Shown piece by piece: positions 63,031-64,000 of a stretch of 64,000 bases of DNA. The stretch comes from Candidatus Binatia bacterium (GTDB taxonomy: Bacteria; Desulfobacterota; Binatia; UBA9968; CAXXLF01). The stretch lies in assembly GCA_963664015.2 (NCBI GenBank), contig CAXXLF010000001.1, forward strand, positions 128,001 through 192,000, written 5' to 3'. Positions within the stretch are counted from its first letter, which is position 1; every line of letters starts with the position of its first letter. The position numbers and the translations under genes were made by a program. A model generated the notes under the pieces. It made no database searches. It was given only the letters and a program-made list of their open reading frames with translations, and was not told the origin of the DNA.

Positions 63031-63298
63031 TACTCACAAGGCCCCAAATGCCCCCTGCTAAGCCGCTGACACCTATGAGGATCAGGCCGTCAACGACATA
63101 GGGGGAAACCTTTCGGGTTGTTTTCTTAAAGTCCCATATCAAAAGGCCACATATTACTACGAACAAAAGAACGGACAATGTGGCCCCTACGCTATTTTCT
63201 AATAGAGCGTGTGGCAATATGGGGGCGATAAGAATCCAGATGCCAGCTAGCCCCTTAAAGAAACGGATTAAACCTTTTCCTAGCGCCAGGGTTCTCAT
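62978..63298 (-). CDS. Small membrane protein
   Basis: GGAG RBS, three hydrophobic segments; 3' end overlaps the LysR remnant. Confidence 0.4.
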   Translation of the reverse strand: MRTLALGKGLIRFFKGLAGIWILIAPILPHALLENSVGATLSVLLFVVICGLLIWDFKKTTRKVSPYVVDGLILIGVSGLAGGIWGLVSSLLGSSIAHLELSVYHT

Positions 63299-63363
63299 AT
63301 TCTCCAGTGGTATTTCAGAAAGGACAGTAGTATGAGCAGGAGTTCCGCTTAAAGTAGGATTCC

Positions 63364-63666
63364 TTGATTTCTCCTGGATGGAACTCTAGAGGCGAACAAG
63401 GGAACCCAAGGAGCTCACAAGACCCGGAGAAGCAAATAGAGCAGGCTTTTATCAAGATGAAGGACGTTATCGAGGCCGCAGGCGGGACAACGGATAATAT
63501 CAGAAAGGTCATTGTTTATTTGAAAAACTTCCAATACAGGCAGCTGGTTAATAAAGAGTGGCTCAAGATGTTTCCGAACGAGAACGATCGCCCTGCACAC
63601 CATGTGATGAAAGCTGATCTCCAGGGCAATGTCCTCGTTCAGCTTGACGTCATTACGGCCTTGTAG
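63364..63666 (+). pseudogene. RidA-family paralogue, 5'-truncated
   Basis: DPEKQIEQAF...AAGGTTDNI...NKEWLKMFPNENDRPAHH is closely similar to 55135-55521; the N-terminal HxNPIP part is missing. Confidence 0.7.
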
Positions 63667-64000
63667 AAAGTTGAGGGACCGCCAGCAGCGCAAAGAATAG
63701 TAGGAGCACCTTAAGAAATATAACGAAAGAAAGCAGTTTTCACATGGCAAGAGTGACAATCCCAGAATTGCGGCAGATGAAACGGGGAAAACAGCCAGTC
63801 CGTACTTTGCTAGAAGTTCAGGCCGTACCAATGAGGATTGAGCAATGAACATGGACCTTTACACGAAATCAATTATTGCCGTTCTGGCACTGGCGGTGTT
63901 GCCGAGCAGGTGTGGATCAACAAGCCCAACGAAGTTGATATCAAGTCGATCAGGGCCGTCAACTCCCTTGAAGGCATAGGTGGTTCCCAAAACGGCTTCC

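Noticed and set aside
1-64000. CRISPR arrays, rRNA, intact IS/transposase, phage or defence genes
   Set aside because: No spaced repeats or diagnostic motifs seen on reading

Overview
Bacterial chromosomal window, probably from a Candidatus Binatia/deltaproteobacterial-type genome. This is an inference from the valS-nadC-birA-coaX-fusA2 and slt-pgsA-tRNA-Gly gene orders and from the many UbiD, Rieske, LigB and solute-binding paralogues. Housekeeping blocks (pgsA, miaB, valS, nadC, birA, coaX, three tRNAs) are interleaved with much aromatic/heteroaromatic catabolism: 4 UbiD-family decarboxylases, 3 phthalate-dioxygenase-like Rieske oxygenases, 2 LigB-type ring-cleavage dioxygenases, cupins, an OYE flavoenzyme and an ABC importer. 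There are also many pseudogenes (EF-G paralogue, YihY, pilin, methyltransferase, solute-binding protein, integrase). The top finding is hidden by the ORF track. The sulfide:quinone-oxidoreductase-like gene at 15661-16812 (minus) reads through an in-frame TGA at the position of the second catalytic Cys. The TGA is followed directly by a bacterial SECIS-like hairpin, so this is a probable selenocysteine-containing SQR-family enzyme. A small 4-Cys protein with HiPIP-like spacing follows it. No CRISPR array, rRNA or intact mobile element was seen. All calls come from reading the sequence; no searches were run.
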